Below, piece after piece: positions 40,226 through 50,019 of a stretch of DNA of 64,000 nucleotides (positions are counted from its first letter, which is position 1; the number at the start of each line of letters is the position of its first letter). The translations under genes and the position numbers were made by a program. Origin of the DNA: Flavobacteriaceae bacterium (lineage in GTDB: Bacteria; Bacteroidota; Bacteroidia; Flavobacteriales; Flavobacteriaceae); the NCBI GenBank assembly GCA_002707025.1, contig PALG01000017.1, positions 43,906 to 107,905 on the forward strand. The letters are read 5' to 3'. The notes below the pieces were generated by a model. The model did not search any database and was not told the origin of the DNA. It was given only the letters and a program-made list of their open reading frames with translations.

Positions 40226-40825
40226 CCAAGAATTAAGCACGAGTAGCTGTGGTATTACCCCAAAAAAGAACCCCAAAATAAGTTCTAATTGGGTATGTGA
40301 CTTTGTGTAAAGTCGAGAAGAAGCTACCCATCCATTGGCAAAAAGGAATAAGGCTATCCAAAGTAACATGTTTACTTGGAAATGCACACTAAGAGCAATC
40401 ACAAACAGCGTAAGTCCTGCAATGCCCATTTGGTGAAGGCTTATTTTTATTTTAAAAAAGACCATTAAAAGAGCAGAAAGGGTAGAGAAAAGTATTCCTA
40501 CAAAGAAAAAGTACAATTCTGGGCTTATATAAGGATCGAATACTAACTTGGTAATGGCCAAAATTAATAAACTTTGAAGCATTAAGGGAATCTTTCTTTC
40601 CCAAACCTGTTCTAACTTGATACTATTTACCATTCTAAGGTTTTTTAGGAGGAAATAGGTAACAATTGGAATAAATAGGCTAAGTATGGCAATGGCAATT
40701 ACCTTGGCTTTAATTATTTCTATGTCAAAATACCGAGGAGTGATAATAAAATAAATAAGTGTCCCTAAAAGGGGCATTAGAAGCGGGTGCCAAATATATG
40801 CGCCAATTTTCAGGAAATATTTCAT
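40220..40825 (-). CDS. polytopic membrane protein, possibly PAP2-like phosphatase
   Basis: 201 aa with ~6 TM segments. Weak PAP2-like motifs ISLHQMG and SRLYTKSHTQLE. Its start abuts the rpoN stop. Confidence 0.55.
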   Translation of the reverse strand: MKYFLKIGAYIWHPLLMPLLGTLIYFIITPRYFDIEIIKAKVIAIAILSLFIPIVTYFLLKNLRMVNSIKLEQVWERKIPLMLQSLLILAITKLVFDPYISPELYFFFVGILFSTLSALLMVFFKIKISLHQMGIAGLTLFVIALSVHFQVNMLLWIALFLFANGWVASSRLYTKSHTQLELILGFFFGVIPQLLVLNSWL

Positions 40826-42283
40826 TTAGATTTCTTTTCGAAGTCTTGCAACAGGTAAATCTAATTGCTCCCTGTATTTAGCAACCGTTCTTCGGGCAAT
40901 AGGATACCCCTTTTCCTTTAAAATCTTGGCCAATTTATCATCGGTAAGGGGTTTTCTCTTATCCTCTTCGGAAATAGTAATTTCCAGAATCTTCTTGATT
41001 TCTTTAGTTGAAACATCTTCCCCTTGATCATTTTTCATCGATTCACTGAAGAAATCCTTAATCAGTTTGGTCCCATAGGGGGTATCTACATATTTACTGT
41101 TGGCCACTCGGGAAACGGTCGAAACATCCATGTCAATTTTATCGGCAATATCCTTTAAAATCATGGGTTTTAGCTTTCTTTCGTCCCCGGTCATGAAATA
41201 CTCCTCTTGATGGTGCATGATAGCGTTCATCGTGACAAAAAGCGTTTGCTGACGTTGTTTTATAGCATCAATAAACCATTTAGCAGCATCTAGTTTTTGT
41301 TTAATGAACATTACGGCATCTTTCTGGGATTTCGATTTTTCTTTCGATTCTTTATAGCCCTTCAGCATGTTGCTATATTCCCTGGAAACATGGAGTTCTG
41401 GTGCGTTTCTTCCGTTAAGGGTAAGTTCCAGCTCACCATCCACAATTTTGATGGCAAAATCGGGTACAATATGCTCTACAATTCGAGTATTTCCAGAATA
41501 GGTGCCTCCTGGCTTCGGATTTAATCCTTCAATTTCATGGATCGCATCCCGAAGCTGATCTTCCGTAATATCAAACTTCGATAAGAGTTTTTTGTAGTGT
41601 TTTTTGGAAAATGCATCAAAAGCCTCTTCAATAATGTTGGTCGCCAGCACAACAGAAGGGGTTTCTTCCTTTCTTTTTAACTGAATGGCCAGACATTCCT
41701 GAAGACTTCGGGCTCCTACTCCTGCAGGGTCCAGGTCCTGCACAATGGCTAATACTTTTTCTACTTTTTCTTCTGAAGTATAAATATTTTGGGTAAAAGC
41801 AAGGTCGTCTACAATATCCTGAATCTCACGACGTATATACCCGCTTTCATCGACACTACCCACTAGAAATTGTGCGATTTCAAAGGCTTCTTCATCTAGT
41901 CGAAAGGTATTTAGTTGCTGCTGTAAAAATTGATTGAAAGACGTCCCGGAAGCATACGGTGTTTGCTTATCATCATCGTCGGCACTGTAATTATTGGAAG
42001 ATAATTTATAACTGGGAATTTCATCATCGCTTAAATAATCATCCACATCAATTTCAGATTCAATGTGTTCATTATCGTCGTAATCATCATACTCGTCATT
42101 TCCAAAGTCATCCTCAGGCAAATCTTCGTTGTCCTTGCCCCCTTCCAAAGCTGGGTTTTCTTCCAGCTCTTGCGAAATACGTTGTTCAAAAGCCTGAGTA
42201 GGCAACTGTATCAACTTCATCAGCTGGATTTGCTGAGGGGAAAGCTTTTGTGATAACTTAAAATTTAATTGTTGTTTGAGCAT
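40826..42283 (-). CDS. rpoN: RNA polymerase sigma-54 factor
   Basis: N-terminus MLKQQLNFKLSQKLSPQQIQLMKLIQLPT, an acidic linker, and a C-terminal RpoN box ...ARRTVAKYRE. Confidence 0.92.
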   Translation of the reverse strand: MLKQQLNFKLSQKLSPQQIQLMKLIQLPTQAFEQRISQELEENPALEGGKDNEDLPEDDFGNDEYDDYDDNEHIESEIDVDDYLSDDEIPSYKLSSNNYSADDDDKQTPYASGTSFNQFLQQQLNTFRLDEEAFEIAQFLVGSVDESGYIRREIQDIVDDLAFTQNIYTSEEKVEKVLAIVQDLDPAGVGARSLQECLAIQLKRKEETPSVVLATNIIEEAFDAFSKKHYKKLLSKFDITEDQLRDAIHEIEGLNPKPGGTYSGNTRIVEHIVPDFAIKIVDGELELTLNGRNAPELHVSREYSNMLKGYKESKEKSKSQKDAVMFIKQKLDAAKWFIDAIKQRQQTLFVTMNAIMHHQEEYFMTGDERKLKPMILKDIADKIDMDVSTVSRVANSKYVDTPYGTKLIKDFFSESMKNDQGEDVSTKEIKKILEITISEEDKRKPLTDDKLAKILKEKGYPIARRTVAKYREQLDLPVARLRKEI

Positions 42284-42311
42284 GAATTCATTCTGTCTTT
42301 AACATAAAAAT

Positions 42312-42348
42312 AAAAAAAATCCAGCAACGTATGTACGGTATGCTGGAT
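42312..42348 (-). terminator. intrinsic terminator after asnS
   Basis: ATCCAGCA...TGCTGGAT stem. On the minus strand it is followed by T8 (plus-strand A-run 42312..42319). Confidence 0.7.
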
Positions 42349-42374
42349 TTAAAATATAATTAACTAATGTTTGC

Positions 42375-43817
42375 TTAAAATTCGGCATTTCCAGGGGTTC
42401 TTGGATAAGGAATGACATCCCGTATGTTGCCCATGCCTGTTACAAATTGTACCAATCGTTCAAAACCTAAGCCAAATCCGCTGTGTACACAGGTGCCAAA
42501 TTTGCGTAAATCCAAATACCAATATAGTTCTTCTTCAGGGATATCCATGGCTTCCATTTTCTGTTTGAGCACCTCGTAACGTTCTTCCCGCTGTGATCCG
42601 CCCACGATTTCCCCAATTCCTGGGAATAAAACATCCATCGCCCGAACGGTTTTCTCATCTTCGTTAAGGCGCATGTAGAAGGCTTTGATCTTGGCAGGAT
42701 AATCAAAAAGAATAACAGGGCACTTAAAATGCTTTTCCACAAGAAAGCGCTCATGCTCACTCTGCAAGTCGGCTCCCCATTCTTCAATAAGGTACTTAAA
42801 CTTTTTCTTTTGATTGGGTTTGCTTCTTTTCAAAATTTCGATGGCTTCGGTGTAACTTACCCGTACAAAATTGTTTTCCAGCACAAAGCGAAGTTTTTCA
42901 CGAAGCGTCATTTCACTTCGTTCATTTTGGGGTTTGGATTTCTCTTCTTCCAAAAGACGCTTCTCCAAAAATTCCAGATCATCCTCGCAGTGTTCCAAAG
43001 CATATTGAATGACGTACTTGATAAAATCTTCCGCAAGGTCCATATTGTCATCCAAATCGTAAAAAGCCACCTCTGGTTCAATCATCCAGAATTCGGCCAA
43101 GTGACGGGAAGTATTCGAGTTTTCTGCACGAAACGTAGGCCCAAAGGTATATACCTTTCCAAGCCCCATGGCATAAGTTTCGGCTTCCAATTGTCCGCTT
43201 ACAGTAAGGTTGGTTTCTTTTTCGAAGAAATCTTCTTTATAATTCACCGATCCATCTTCGTTAAGGGGTGGGTTTTTGGGATCCAAAGCTGAAACACGAA
43301 ACATTTCCCCAGCACCTTCGGCATCGCTTCCCGTAATGATAGGGGTGTGCATGTAGTAAAATCCGTTTTTCTGAAAATATTCATGGATCGCAAAAGCCAA
43401 TTTCGAACGAAGACGCATCACTGCCCCAAAGGTATTGGTGCGCACACGTAAATGGGCTTGCTCCCGAAGTTTTTCTAAACTGTGCCTTTTGGGCTGAAGA
43501 ATGGTTAGTTTTACATCGTCGGGATGGGCTTCCCCCAAAACTTCCAGTTTTGATACTTGTACCTCTACATCTTGCCCTTGTCCCTGACTTTCCACTAAAG
43601 TGCCTTCCACTTTAAGGGCAGCTCCAATGGTTACTTTTTTAAGAACTTCTTCTTCAAAATTTTCAAAATCCACCACACATTGAAGGTTTTTGATGGTAGA
43701 ACCGTCGTTTAAAGCAATAAAACGGTTACTTCTGAAAGAGCGTACCCAACCCATAATGGTAACGGGGTGCAGGGAAGGTTCGGCATGTATTAGTTCTTTG
43801 ATCACTTTTGTCTGCAT
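42375..43817 (-). CDS. asnS: asparagine--tRNA ligase
   Basis: 480 aa. Class IIb motifs [21 protein letters not shown] and GFGLGFERL, with C-terminal ...PGNAEF. Confidence 0.92.
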   Translation of the reverse strand: MQTKVIKELIHAEPSLHPVTIMGWVRSFRSNRFIALNDGSTIKNLQCVVDFENFEEEVLKKVTIGAALKVEGTLVESQGQGQDVEVQVSKLEVLGEAHPDDVKLTILQPKRHSLEKLREQAHLRVRTNTFGAVMRLRSKLAFAIHEYFQKNGFYYMHTPIITGSDAEGAGEMFRVSALDPKNPPLNEDGSVNYKEDFFEKETNLTVSGQLEAETYAMGLGKVYTFGPTFRAENSNTSRHLAEFWMIEPEVAFYDLDDNMDLAEDFIKYVIQYALEHCEDDLEFLEKRLLEEEKSKPQNERSEMTLREKLRFVLENNFVRVSYTEAIEILKRSKPNQKKKFKYLIEEWGADLQSEHERFLVEKHFKCPVILFDYPAKIKAFYMRLNEDEKTVRAMDVLFPGIGEIVGGSQREERYEVLKQKMEAMDIPEEELYWYLDLRKFGTCVHSGFGLGFERLVQFVTGMGNIRDVIPYPRTPGNAEF

Positions 43818-43883
43818 AAATCCTATGTTTGAAGGCGTAAAGATACTTTTTTTTGAAAGTTTTTCGAATTAAGAAAAGGTTGT

Positions 43884-46286
43884 TTATTCTTCTTCGTTGT
43901 TTACCTCCTCTTCCGAATTGGGTAAAATTTGCATGGAAGGTTTTCTGAAGGTTTCTTTATTGGCAATTTCCCTCTCCAAAGAAAGCAGTAAAGAAGGCAA
44001 TAACAACAAGTTGGCCAGCATGGCAAAGAGTAGGGTTGCCGAAACCAATGCCCCTAAGGCTACGGTACCTCCAAAACTGGAGATGGTAAATACCGAAAAC
44101 CCAAAGAACAACACGATGGAGGTATAAAACATGCTCACTCCTGTTTCTCGTAATGCTGCGTACACCGATTTCTTTATTTTCCAGTTATTGGCAATGAGTT
44201 CTTGTCGGTATTTGGCCAAAAAGTGAATGGTATCGTCCACCGAAATTCCGAAGGCAATACTAAACACCAAAATCGTGGAAGGTTTTATGGGTACGCCCAA
44301 AAAGCCCATGAGTCCGGCAGTTATAAGTAACGGAAGGAGGTTGGGGATTAAGGACACCAAAATCATTTTTACACTACGGAACATCCATGCCATAAAAAGG
44401 GCAATAAGTAAAATGGCAAGGGACAAGGAAATCATTAAGTTGTTCACTAAATATTTTGTCCCTTTTTCAAAAACGAACGCTTTTCCTGTTAAGGATACTG
44501 TATATCGGTCTTCTGGGAAGATTTTTAGAATTTCTGCCCGTAAGTCTTCCTCCACCCGGTCAAATCGTTCGGTTTGCGTATCCTTCATAAAAGTAGTGAT
44601 ACGTGCAAACTGCCCGGTTGAATCTACATAACTAGCCAAGAGATTCGTGTCTTTTGAGCTACTTTTGGCATAGGACAAAATAAAAGTTCTTTCCTGGCTA
44701 TTGGGGAGTTGGTAGTATTCTGGATTATTATTGTAATAGGCTTGCTTGGAATATTTCACTAGCTCTACGACAGACAAGGGTTTGGAAAACTCTGGAATTT
44801 CCTGAATATAATTCTGTAAGGCTTCCATCCGCTTCAAAGTAGCGAGTTTCATCACCCCTTTTTGACGTTTGGTATCGATCAATATTTCCAAAGGCATGAT
44901 GCCTTCATATTCTTTTTCAAAAAATCGAATGTCTTTGTAAAATTCTTTGTCCTTCGGCATGTCTTCAATAAGACTCCCAGAAAGTTTAATGTTGTAAATC
45001 CCAATAATACTGGTACATAGCAATATTATGGTCATCACATAAATGGCGATACGGTGTTCCTTGACCATTCGCTCCATCCAATTTACAAATCTACTGATCC
45101 ATTGTTTGTTCAAGTGTTTTAAATGCTTGTATTTTGGCACTGCCATGTAACTGTAAACAATGGGAATGATAAAGAGGCTTAACAGGAAAATGGTCAAAAT
45201 ATTAATGGAAGCTACAATACCGAATTCCTTTAAAAGCTTGCTGTTGGTTAAAATAAATGTTGCAAAACCCGATGCCGTTGTAACATTGGTCATTAGGGTA
45301 GCATTCCCCACTTTGGTGATGACCCGTTGTAGTGATTTTGCCTGATTGCCATGCAACTTGATTTCCTGCTGGTATTTATTGATAAGGAAAATACAGTTGG
45401 GAATCCCAATAACAATAATCAAGGGCGGGATAAGTGCCGTAAGCACCGTGATTTCATAATGTAATAGTCCCAGGACCCCAAAAGACCACATGACCCCGAT
45501 AATAACCGTAATCATGGAAATAAATGTGGCGCGAAAAGACCGGAAAAAGAAAAAGAAAATAAGGGAGGTAACCAATAGGGCCGCTCCAATAAACAACCCG
45601 ATTTCGTCGATGATGTTTTGGGAATTTAAAGTACGTATGTACGGCATTCCGGAGGCGTGTACCTGTATTCCGGTATCCTTTTCGAACTCTTGTACCAACG
45701 GGATCAAATCTTCCACGATAAAATCCTTTCTTTCGGAAGTGTTGACAATCTCCTTTTTAAGATAAATAGCCGTTCTCACCGATTCTTTGTTAGGGCTGTA
45801 TACTAATCCTTCGTAAAAAGGTAGTTTGTGGAAAAGCTCGTACTTGTAACGATCTAAAAGTTGCTGGGTAAGGGTAGAATCCTTAATGAAGGGCGCTAAT
45901 TGAAAAGCAGCGGTATCTTCCCTTTTTTCCAGTTTTTTAAGATCCCCTACGGAAAGGGAAAGGTCTACCTCGTCGTAGGTGGTGATTTTTTTGGAAAGCT
46001 GGGTCCATGCAGCAAAAGTTGCTGGTTGAAACAAGGAACTGTCCTTAACCCCAATAATAATCAAGTTTCCTTCTTCACCAAAAGTGTTAAGGAATTGTTG
46101 GTATTCCTCATTGTAAGGGTGGTCGTCCGGTAACAAATTGGCTTCCGTATAGGTGAAGCGCATGTGTTTCCATTGCAGGGCAAGAAAGACCGTAGCAGCC
46201 AGAATGGATAGTATGATTAGGGCTCTATTCCGAAGAATAAACCTAGCTACCGCACTCCAAAAACCAATGCTAAAAAGTTTGTCCAA
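43884..46286 (-). CDS. MMPL/RND-superfamily transporter (12 TM, two extracytoplasmic loops)
   Basis: 800 aa with duplicated 6-TM bundles. The only plausible start is TTG at 46286 (an in-frame stop lies 4 codons upstream). Confidence 0.8.
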   Translation of the reverse strand: MDKLFSIGFWSAVARFILRNRALIILSILAATVFLALQWKHMRFTYTEANLLPDDHPYNEEYQQFLNTFGEEGNLIIIGVKDSSLFQPATFAAWTQLSKKITTYDEVDLSLSVGDLKKLEKREDTAAFQLAPFIKDSTLTQQLLDRYKYELFHKLPFYEGLVYSPNKESVRTAIYLKKEIVNTSERKDFIVEDLIPLVQEFEKDTGIQVHASGMPYIRTLNSQNIIDEIGLFIGAALLVTSLIFFFFFRSFRATFISMITVIIGVMWSFGVLGLLHYEITVLTALIPPLIIVIGIPNCIFLINKYQQEIKLHGNQAKSLQRVITKVGNATLMTNVTTASGFATFILTNSKLLKEFGIVASINILTIFLLSLFIIPIVYSYMAVPKYKHLKHLNKQWISRFVNWMERMVKEHRIAIYVMTIILLCTSIIGIYNIKLSGSLIEDMPKDKEFYKDIRFFEKEYEGIMPLEILIDTKRQKGVMKLATLKRMEALQNYIQEIPEFSKPLSVVELVKYSKQAYYNNNPEYYQLPNSQERTFILSYAKSSSKDTNLLASYVDSTGQFARITTFMKDTQTERFDRVEEDLRAEILKIFPEDRYTVSLTGKAFVFEKGTKYLVNNLMISLSLAILLIALFMAWMFRSVKMILVSLIPNLLPLLITAGLMGFLGVPIKPSTILVFSIAFGISVDDTIHFLAKYRQELIANNWKIKKSVYAALRETGVSMFYTSIVLFFGFSVFTISSFGGTVALGALVSATLLFAMLANLLLLPSLLLSLEREIANKETFRKPSMQILPNSEEEVNNEEE

Positions 46287-46307
46287 AAGCCTTCCTTAAA
46301 ATTGGCG

Positions 46308-46315
46308 CAAAGTTA
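46308..46315 (-). promoter_or_regulatory. -7 box TAACTTTG for the MMPL gene
   Basis: The plus strand reads CAAAGTTA, 22 nt upstream of the TTG start. Confidence 0.5.
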
Positions 46316-46396
46316 GTAAATTACCTAGGATAGGAACGATAAGATTAGATTATAATTTTAGGGAGACGATAAAAAACACAGGGTAAATAAGCATAA

Positions 46397-49024
46397 TTAA
46401 AAACTAAAATTAGCATTTAAGAGAAGGTAACCTTGTAAGATTTTTGTGATACTTTGATTAATAATACTTTGTTGCGTATTGTTTTCTACCAAATTATTGT
46501 TGTTTAGATTTAATATGTTAAATCCTTTTATACCATATTCCCAATTTGAAGATTCTTTTTTGTAAAAAATGGAAGGATTTAAGTAAAAAATATTGGAATT
46601 TATATTTTCTGTTTCAAATATTGAATATTTAGATTCTACATTCCAGATAATATTTTTTGAAATAATCCCGTCCAAATTAAGATAAGGCTGCCTTTGTGTT
46701 AATCTTGATTTTAAAGTATTAAAATTAAATGTTGAATAGGTATACCTATGTCCTAGAGAAATATGTATTGGGGAATTTTTAAAATTTGAACTAACTTCAG
46801 AAAAACCACCTATTGTATTTTTTTTAAATTCAAAAGGGTTGTTGTCTTCAAAATATTGGTTTTTTACGAAATCTATATTAATGCTATTAGTAAAAGTAAG
46901 AGGTAATGATTTGAAACGTTTTTCGAAAAAAAATAGATTTGAAAAAAAATCATTATCATTAATTAATTGGTATTGTGTAACTGTTACATTGGGAGAGTTA
47001 AATATATTATTACCTATATCTTTCCGTCTTTTTCTAAATGTAGAATTAAATACAAATGAAAAATTTGTACTTTTTATGATGTGATGTTGATAATTAATTT
47101 GATGAGATGGAAATATGTTATCGAAATTTAAATTATTGTTTACACTTAAATTTCTATAATTTCTAACTACTGGATTTATTATTAAATTATAAATAGTATT
47201 CGTTTCATTATCATAGCTATAACTTAAAATGCCATAGTTGTTTTCGCTAATTTTTAATTTTAAAGAAGTGTTAATGTCAAAAAATAATAATTCACTTCCT
47301 ACATTATTAAAATTTTGTAAATTAAAATTATAACCCAAGCCTACACTATATTTAATATTAGGATTTAAATTAAAACTTATTGTAGAGCTAACTCTTGATT
47401 GATAGGAACTTAGTGTTAAATTATTATTTTGAAATAAATTATTTATTGTTTCTATTTTGCTATGGTTGTAACTTAAATTAACTGAATTTGATAAATAAAA
47501 ATTAGAAAACTCTTTGTCATATTTTATGTTTAAACCTGCTCTTTTATTGTTGTTTTTAACCTCTTGATTAATTATTGAACTAACAGTGTTTAATATTGGT
47601 CTATTTGCATCAATTAATAAATTTTCATTATTATTAATTAAATTGAAGTAGCTTTCTAGATTTAAAAGAGCATTTTTGTTTTTCTTAGTAAAAGTTAATT
47701 TAGTTTTAGTAATAAAATTTTCTGGAATAATATTTTGATTTATAATAGTAGTGTCTACGGCTTGATTAGTAATGAAATTTTTATTTCTAGAATGGTCAAA
47801 ATTAAAATGCTGCTCTAGTTTAAAAATAGAGTTTTCTCCATTTTTATAAACTCCTTTTAGTTGTCCTAACACAAACCAATTTTCTTCATTAAAAATATTT
47901 TCTTCAATAAAGCTAAAATTATTGTTACTAGCACTTAGAGTTTGTAAATTTTGTTTGATTCTGTTTTGTGAGGTATTGTTTAATATTGTGTAAAAATCGA
48001 ATTTGGTCTTGTTATTTAGTTTGTACACAGAACTTAATGTAGCAAAATTAGTAAGTCTAGTTTTTGCACGATCTTTTGATGTTAAAAAACTAGGGGCATC
48101 ACTATTATCAATAAATTTTACGGTATTAGTAGTGTTTTCGCCTATTGGGTTATTATTTGTTAATTCATTATAATCTTGTAAAGTAATGGGCACATTACCC
48201 GTATTATTAAAATTTGAGATTAGGGATGATTTTATTTGTTTGCTGAAATTAAATATTTTGGGTTTGAATTCATACTTATTTACAATCCCTACACCAGCAT
48301 CTAGATTTCCTGTAAACCTGTTTTTGAAACTCTCATTTACTAAAATATTTAAGGCAGTTAATCCAGTTTTGTCATTTAAGCCAATATATTCAAAGTCTTT
48401 ATAGTTTTTAATAACTTCAATATTTCCTGCCATTTCAGCCGGTAAGTTGTCTGTAGCTAATTGATGTTGGTTTTTATAAAGATTCTCACCATCTACCAAT
48501 AATTTATCTATTTGCTTACCTTGAAAGGTTATTTTACCATTTTCATTAATACCTATATCAGGTAAGCTTAGTAAAACATCCTTTAAATTTCTTTCGGTAC
48601 CATTTATAAACTTTTCGGTTTTGTAAACTGTAGTATCACCTTTTTTTATAATTTTTGCTTCAGCTTTTACGATAACCTCTTTAAGTTCATTTATGTCATT
48701 GGTAATTGTAATTTTTCCAAAGTGATAATCTTTTTGGTCTATCTTAAATTCTTGAATGTAGCTTTTATAACCTAAATGAGTAATTTTAATTTTATAAACC
48801 CCTTTATTTGCGTTTAAAATAAAAAATCCTTCATTGTTACTTAGAGTATAATTTTTTGTAGCATTATTTTTTAATAAGATAATATTTGCACCTTGAATAG
48901 GTTGGCCTATTTCGTTAAAAACGTTCCCAGTAATCTCTATTTGTGCATTAATACAATTAAATTGTAATATAAGCAGTACTATAAAAAGTAATTTAAAATT
49001 ATAAATATTATTTTCCTTTTCCAT
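46397..49024 (-). CDS. Asn-rich outer-membrane beta-barrel protein with CarboxypepD_reg-like N-terminus (TonB-dependent-receptor-like)
   Basis: 875 aa. Signal peptide ...QFNCINAQ, CarboxypepD_reg-like ITGNVFNEIGQPIQGANIILLKNN...GVYKIKITHLGY, a plug-like segment and C-terminal ...NANFSF. The DNA is very AT-rich. Its start overlaps the GLPGLI gene by 17 nt. Confidence 0.8.
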   Translation of the reverse strand: MEKENNIYNFKLLFIVLLILQFNCINAQIEITGNVFNEIGQPIQGANIILLKNNATKNYTLSNNEGFFILNANKGVYKIKITHLGYKSYIQEFKIDQKDYHFGKITITNDINELKEVIVKAEAKIIKKGDTTVYKTEKFINGTERNLKDVLLSLPDIGINENGKITFQGKQIDKLLVDGENLYKNQHQLATDNLPAEMAGNIEVIKNYKDFEYIGLNDKTGLTALNILVNESFKNRFTGNLDAGVGIVNKYEFKPKIFNFSKQIKSSLISNFNNTGNVPITLQDYNELTNNNPIGENTTNTVKFIDNSDAPSFLTSKDRAKTRLTNFATLSSVYKLNNKTKFDFYTILNNTSQNRIKQNLQTLSASNNNFSFIEENIFNEENWFVLGQLKGVYKNGENSIFKLEQHFNFDHSRNKNFITNQAVDTTIINQNIIPENFITKTKLTFTKKNKNALLNLESYFNLINNNENLLIDANRPILNTVSSIINQEVKNNNKRAGLNIKYDKEFSNFYLSNSVNLSYNHSKIETINNLFQNNNLTLSSYQSRVSSTISFNLNPNIKYSVGLGYNFNLQNFNNVGSELLFFDINTSLKLKISENNYGILSYSYDNETNTIYNLIINPVVRNYRNLSVNNNLNFDNIFPSHQINYQHHIIKSTNFSFVFNSTFRKRRKDIGNNIFNSPNVTVTQYQLINDNDFFSNLFFFEKRFKSLPLTFTNSINIDFVKNQYFEDNNPFEFKKNTIGGFSEVSSNFKNSPIHISLGHRYTYSTFNFNTLKSRLTQRQPYLNLDGIISKNIIWNVESKYSIFETENINSNIFYLNPSIFYKKESSNWEYGIKGFNILNLNNNNLVENNTQQSIINQSITKILQGYLLLNANFSF

Positions 49025-49697
49025 AAATTACTTGATACTGAGAAAAAGTAAGAGGAGCAATGGAAGGTTCTGGTTCTACAATAGATGTATTTTTTTCTGG
49101 GAAAAAGTTTAGTTTTTCAAAACGTATAGTACTAAGGTTACCAATATTAACTTCCAAAATTAAGCCTGGTAGCCCTGTGTATGCATGAGGTCCATTATTT
49201 ATTGGAATATCCTCTGTGTACCACACAGTAATTTTTCCTTTGAATCCAAAACTAGGATTTTCTGTAGTTGCTTTTTTGCATTGATAGCCAGCTATTTCTT
49301 TTACTTCTTCATTTATCAAAGTCCATTTTAAAATTGGGATAGAGTCTTTTATGGCAATAGTTTTATTATTTACAGTTTGCTCTATTCTTACTTTTTTAGA
49401 AGTGAAATTTAGAAAATAAAAAGAATTAGAAGGCATGTAGGTTTTGGCATTTACATCATGAACCTTCCCAAATTCATCTACAATTAGGGTGTCTTTAGCC
49501 GTTACCCCTCCACCCATAATTTGGCGTTGTAAAGAAAGATTATTACTATAAATGTATGAATAAGTAATAGGATTTAATGCTTCTTTCTCTAAAGTTCGGC
49601 CTTGAGTAGTTTTTTTAAAATAAATGTTATAAATACCTGTTAAGGTTTGCCCATAACAGGTATTTATAGTTAACAATAAAAGAATTATATACTTCAT
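49008..49697 (-). CDS. GLPGLI-family protein (Porph_ging-type), unknown function
   Basis: Start chosen at MKYIILLLLTINTCYGQ (signal peptide). Family signature YTGLPGLILEV. Confidence 0.8.
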   Translation of the reverse strand: MKYIILLLLTINTCYGQTLTGIYNIYFKKTTQGRTLEKEALNPITYSYIYSNNLSLQRQIMGGGVTAKDTLIVDEFGKVHDVNAKTYMPSNSFYFLNFTSKKVRIEQTVNNKTIAIKDSIPILKWTLINEEVKEIAGYQCKKATTENPSFGFKGKITVWYTEDIPINNGPHAYTGLPGLILEVNIGNLSTIRFEKLNFFPEKNTSIVEPEPSIAPLTFSQYQVIYGKGK

Positions 49698-49699
49698 TA

Positions 49700-49906
49700 T
49701 TATAAACAGTATTGAGAACAAACTACATCATATACTTCTACACATTGTATTTGCCCCATTATCTCACTACATTCTGTATGAGAATACACTCTAACACAAT
49801 TCCAAAAACAATCTTCATTTAAGGGTTGAAGGTTAGTTTTTTCAGAAGGTATTGTAAATGAAAAACTTAAAAGTGCAATAACTTATAGTGCAATGTATTT
49901 CTTCAT
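49700..49906 (-). pseudogene. unannotated 68-codon ORF for a Cys-rich secreted peptide, interrupted by an in-frame TAA at codon 8
   Basis: Hand translation gives MKKYIAL*VIALLSFSFTIPSEKTNLQPLNEDCFWNCVRVYSHTECSEIMGQIQCVEVYDVVCSQYCL**. The stop (49883..49885) splits a signal peptide. The terminal TAATAATG overlaps the GLPGLI start. Confidence 0.5.
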
Positions 49907-49925
49907 AATTTTTAAGGTTTGCGCC

Positions 49926-49934
49926 CAAAAAATA
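49926..49934 (-). promoter_or_regulatory. near-consensus -7 box (TATTTTTTG, one extra spacer nt) for the island operon
   Basis: The plus strand reads CAAAAAATA, 20 nt upstream of the ATG at 49906. Confidence 0.35.
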
Positions 49935-49954
49935 CATTCGGGCAGGTTAGTAAA

Positions 49955-50019
49955 AATTACAAGACTTAAAAACTACAAGGTGGCAACAAGGCAATTACAA
50001 GGCTACAAGAAATTACAAG
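49955..50019. repeat. array of six (A/C)ACAAG / TACAAG direct repeats
   Basis: AATTACAAG at 49955, 49993 and 50011. CTACAAG at 49973 and 50003. CAACAAG at 49984. One inverted copy CCTTGTAA lies at 50079..50086. Confidence 0.8.

Noticed and set aside
42729-43292. Long antisense or alternative-frame ORFs inside well-supported genes. Examples: 42729..43292, 20160..20642, 21055..21537, 8527..8943, 25282..25680, 30452..30865, 14728..15159, 44227..44631 and 2756..3118.
   Set aside because: Each lies wholly within a gene that has strong family motifs on the other strand or frame. Their translations are low-complexity or Ser/Leu/Phe-rich mirror images with no recognisable motifs. These are typical shadow ORFs.
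49955-50019. The TACAAG repeat array as a CRISPR or minisatellite.
   Set aside because: The units are only 6-9 nt, the spacing is irregular (8-16 bp), the array spans only 65 bp and no cas genes are present. A regulatory-site array fits better.
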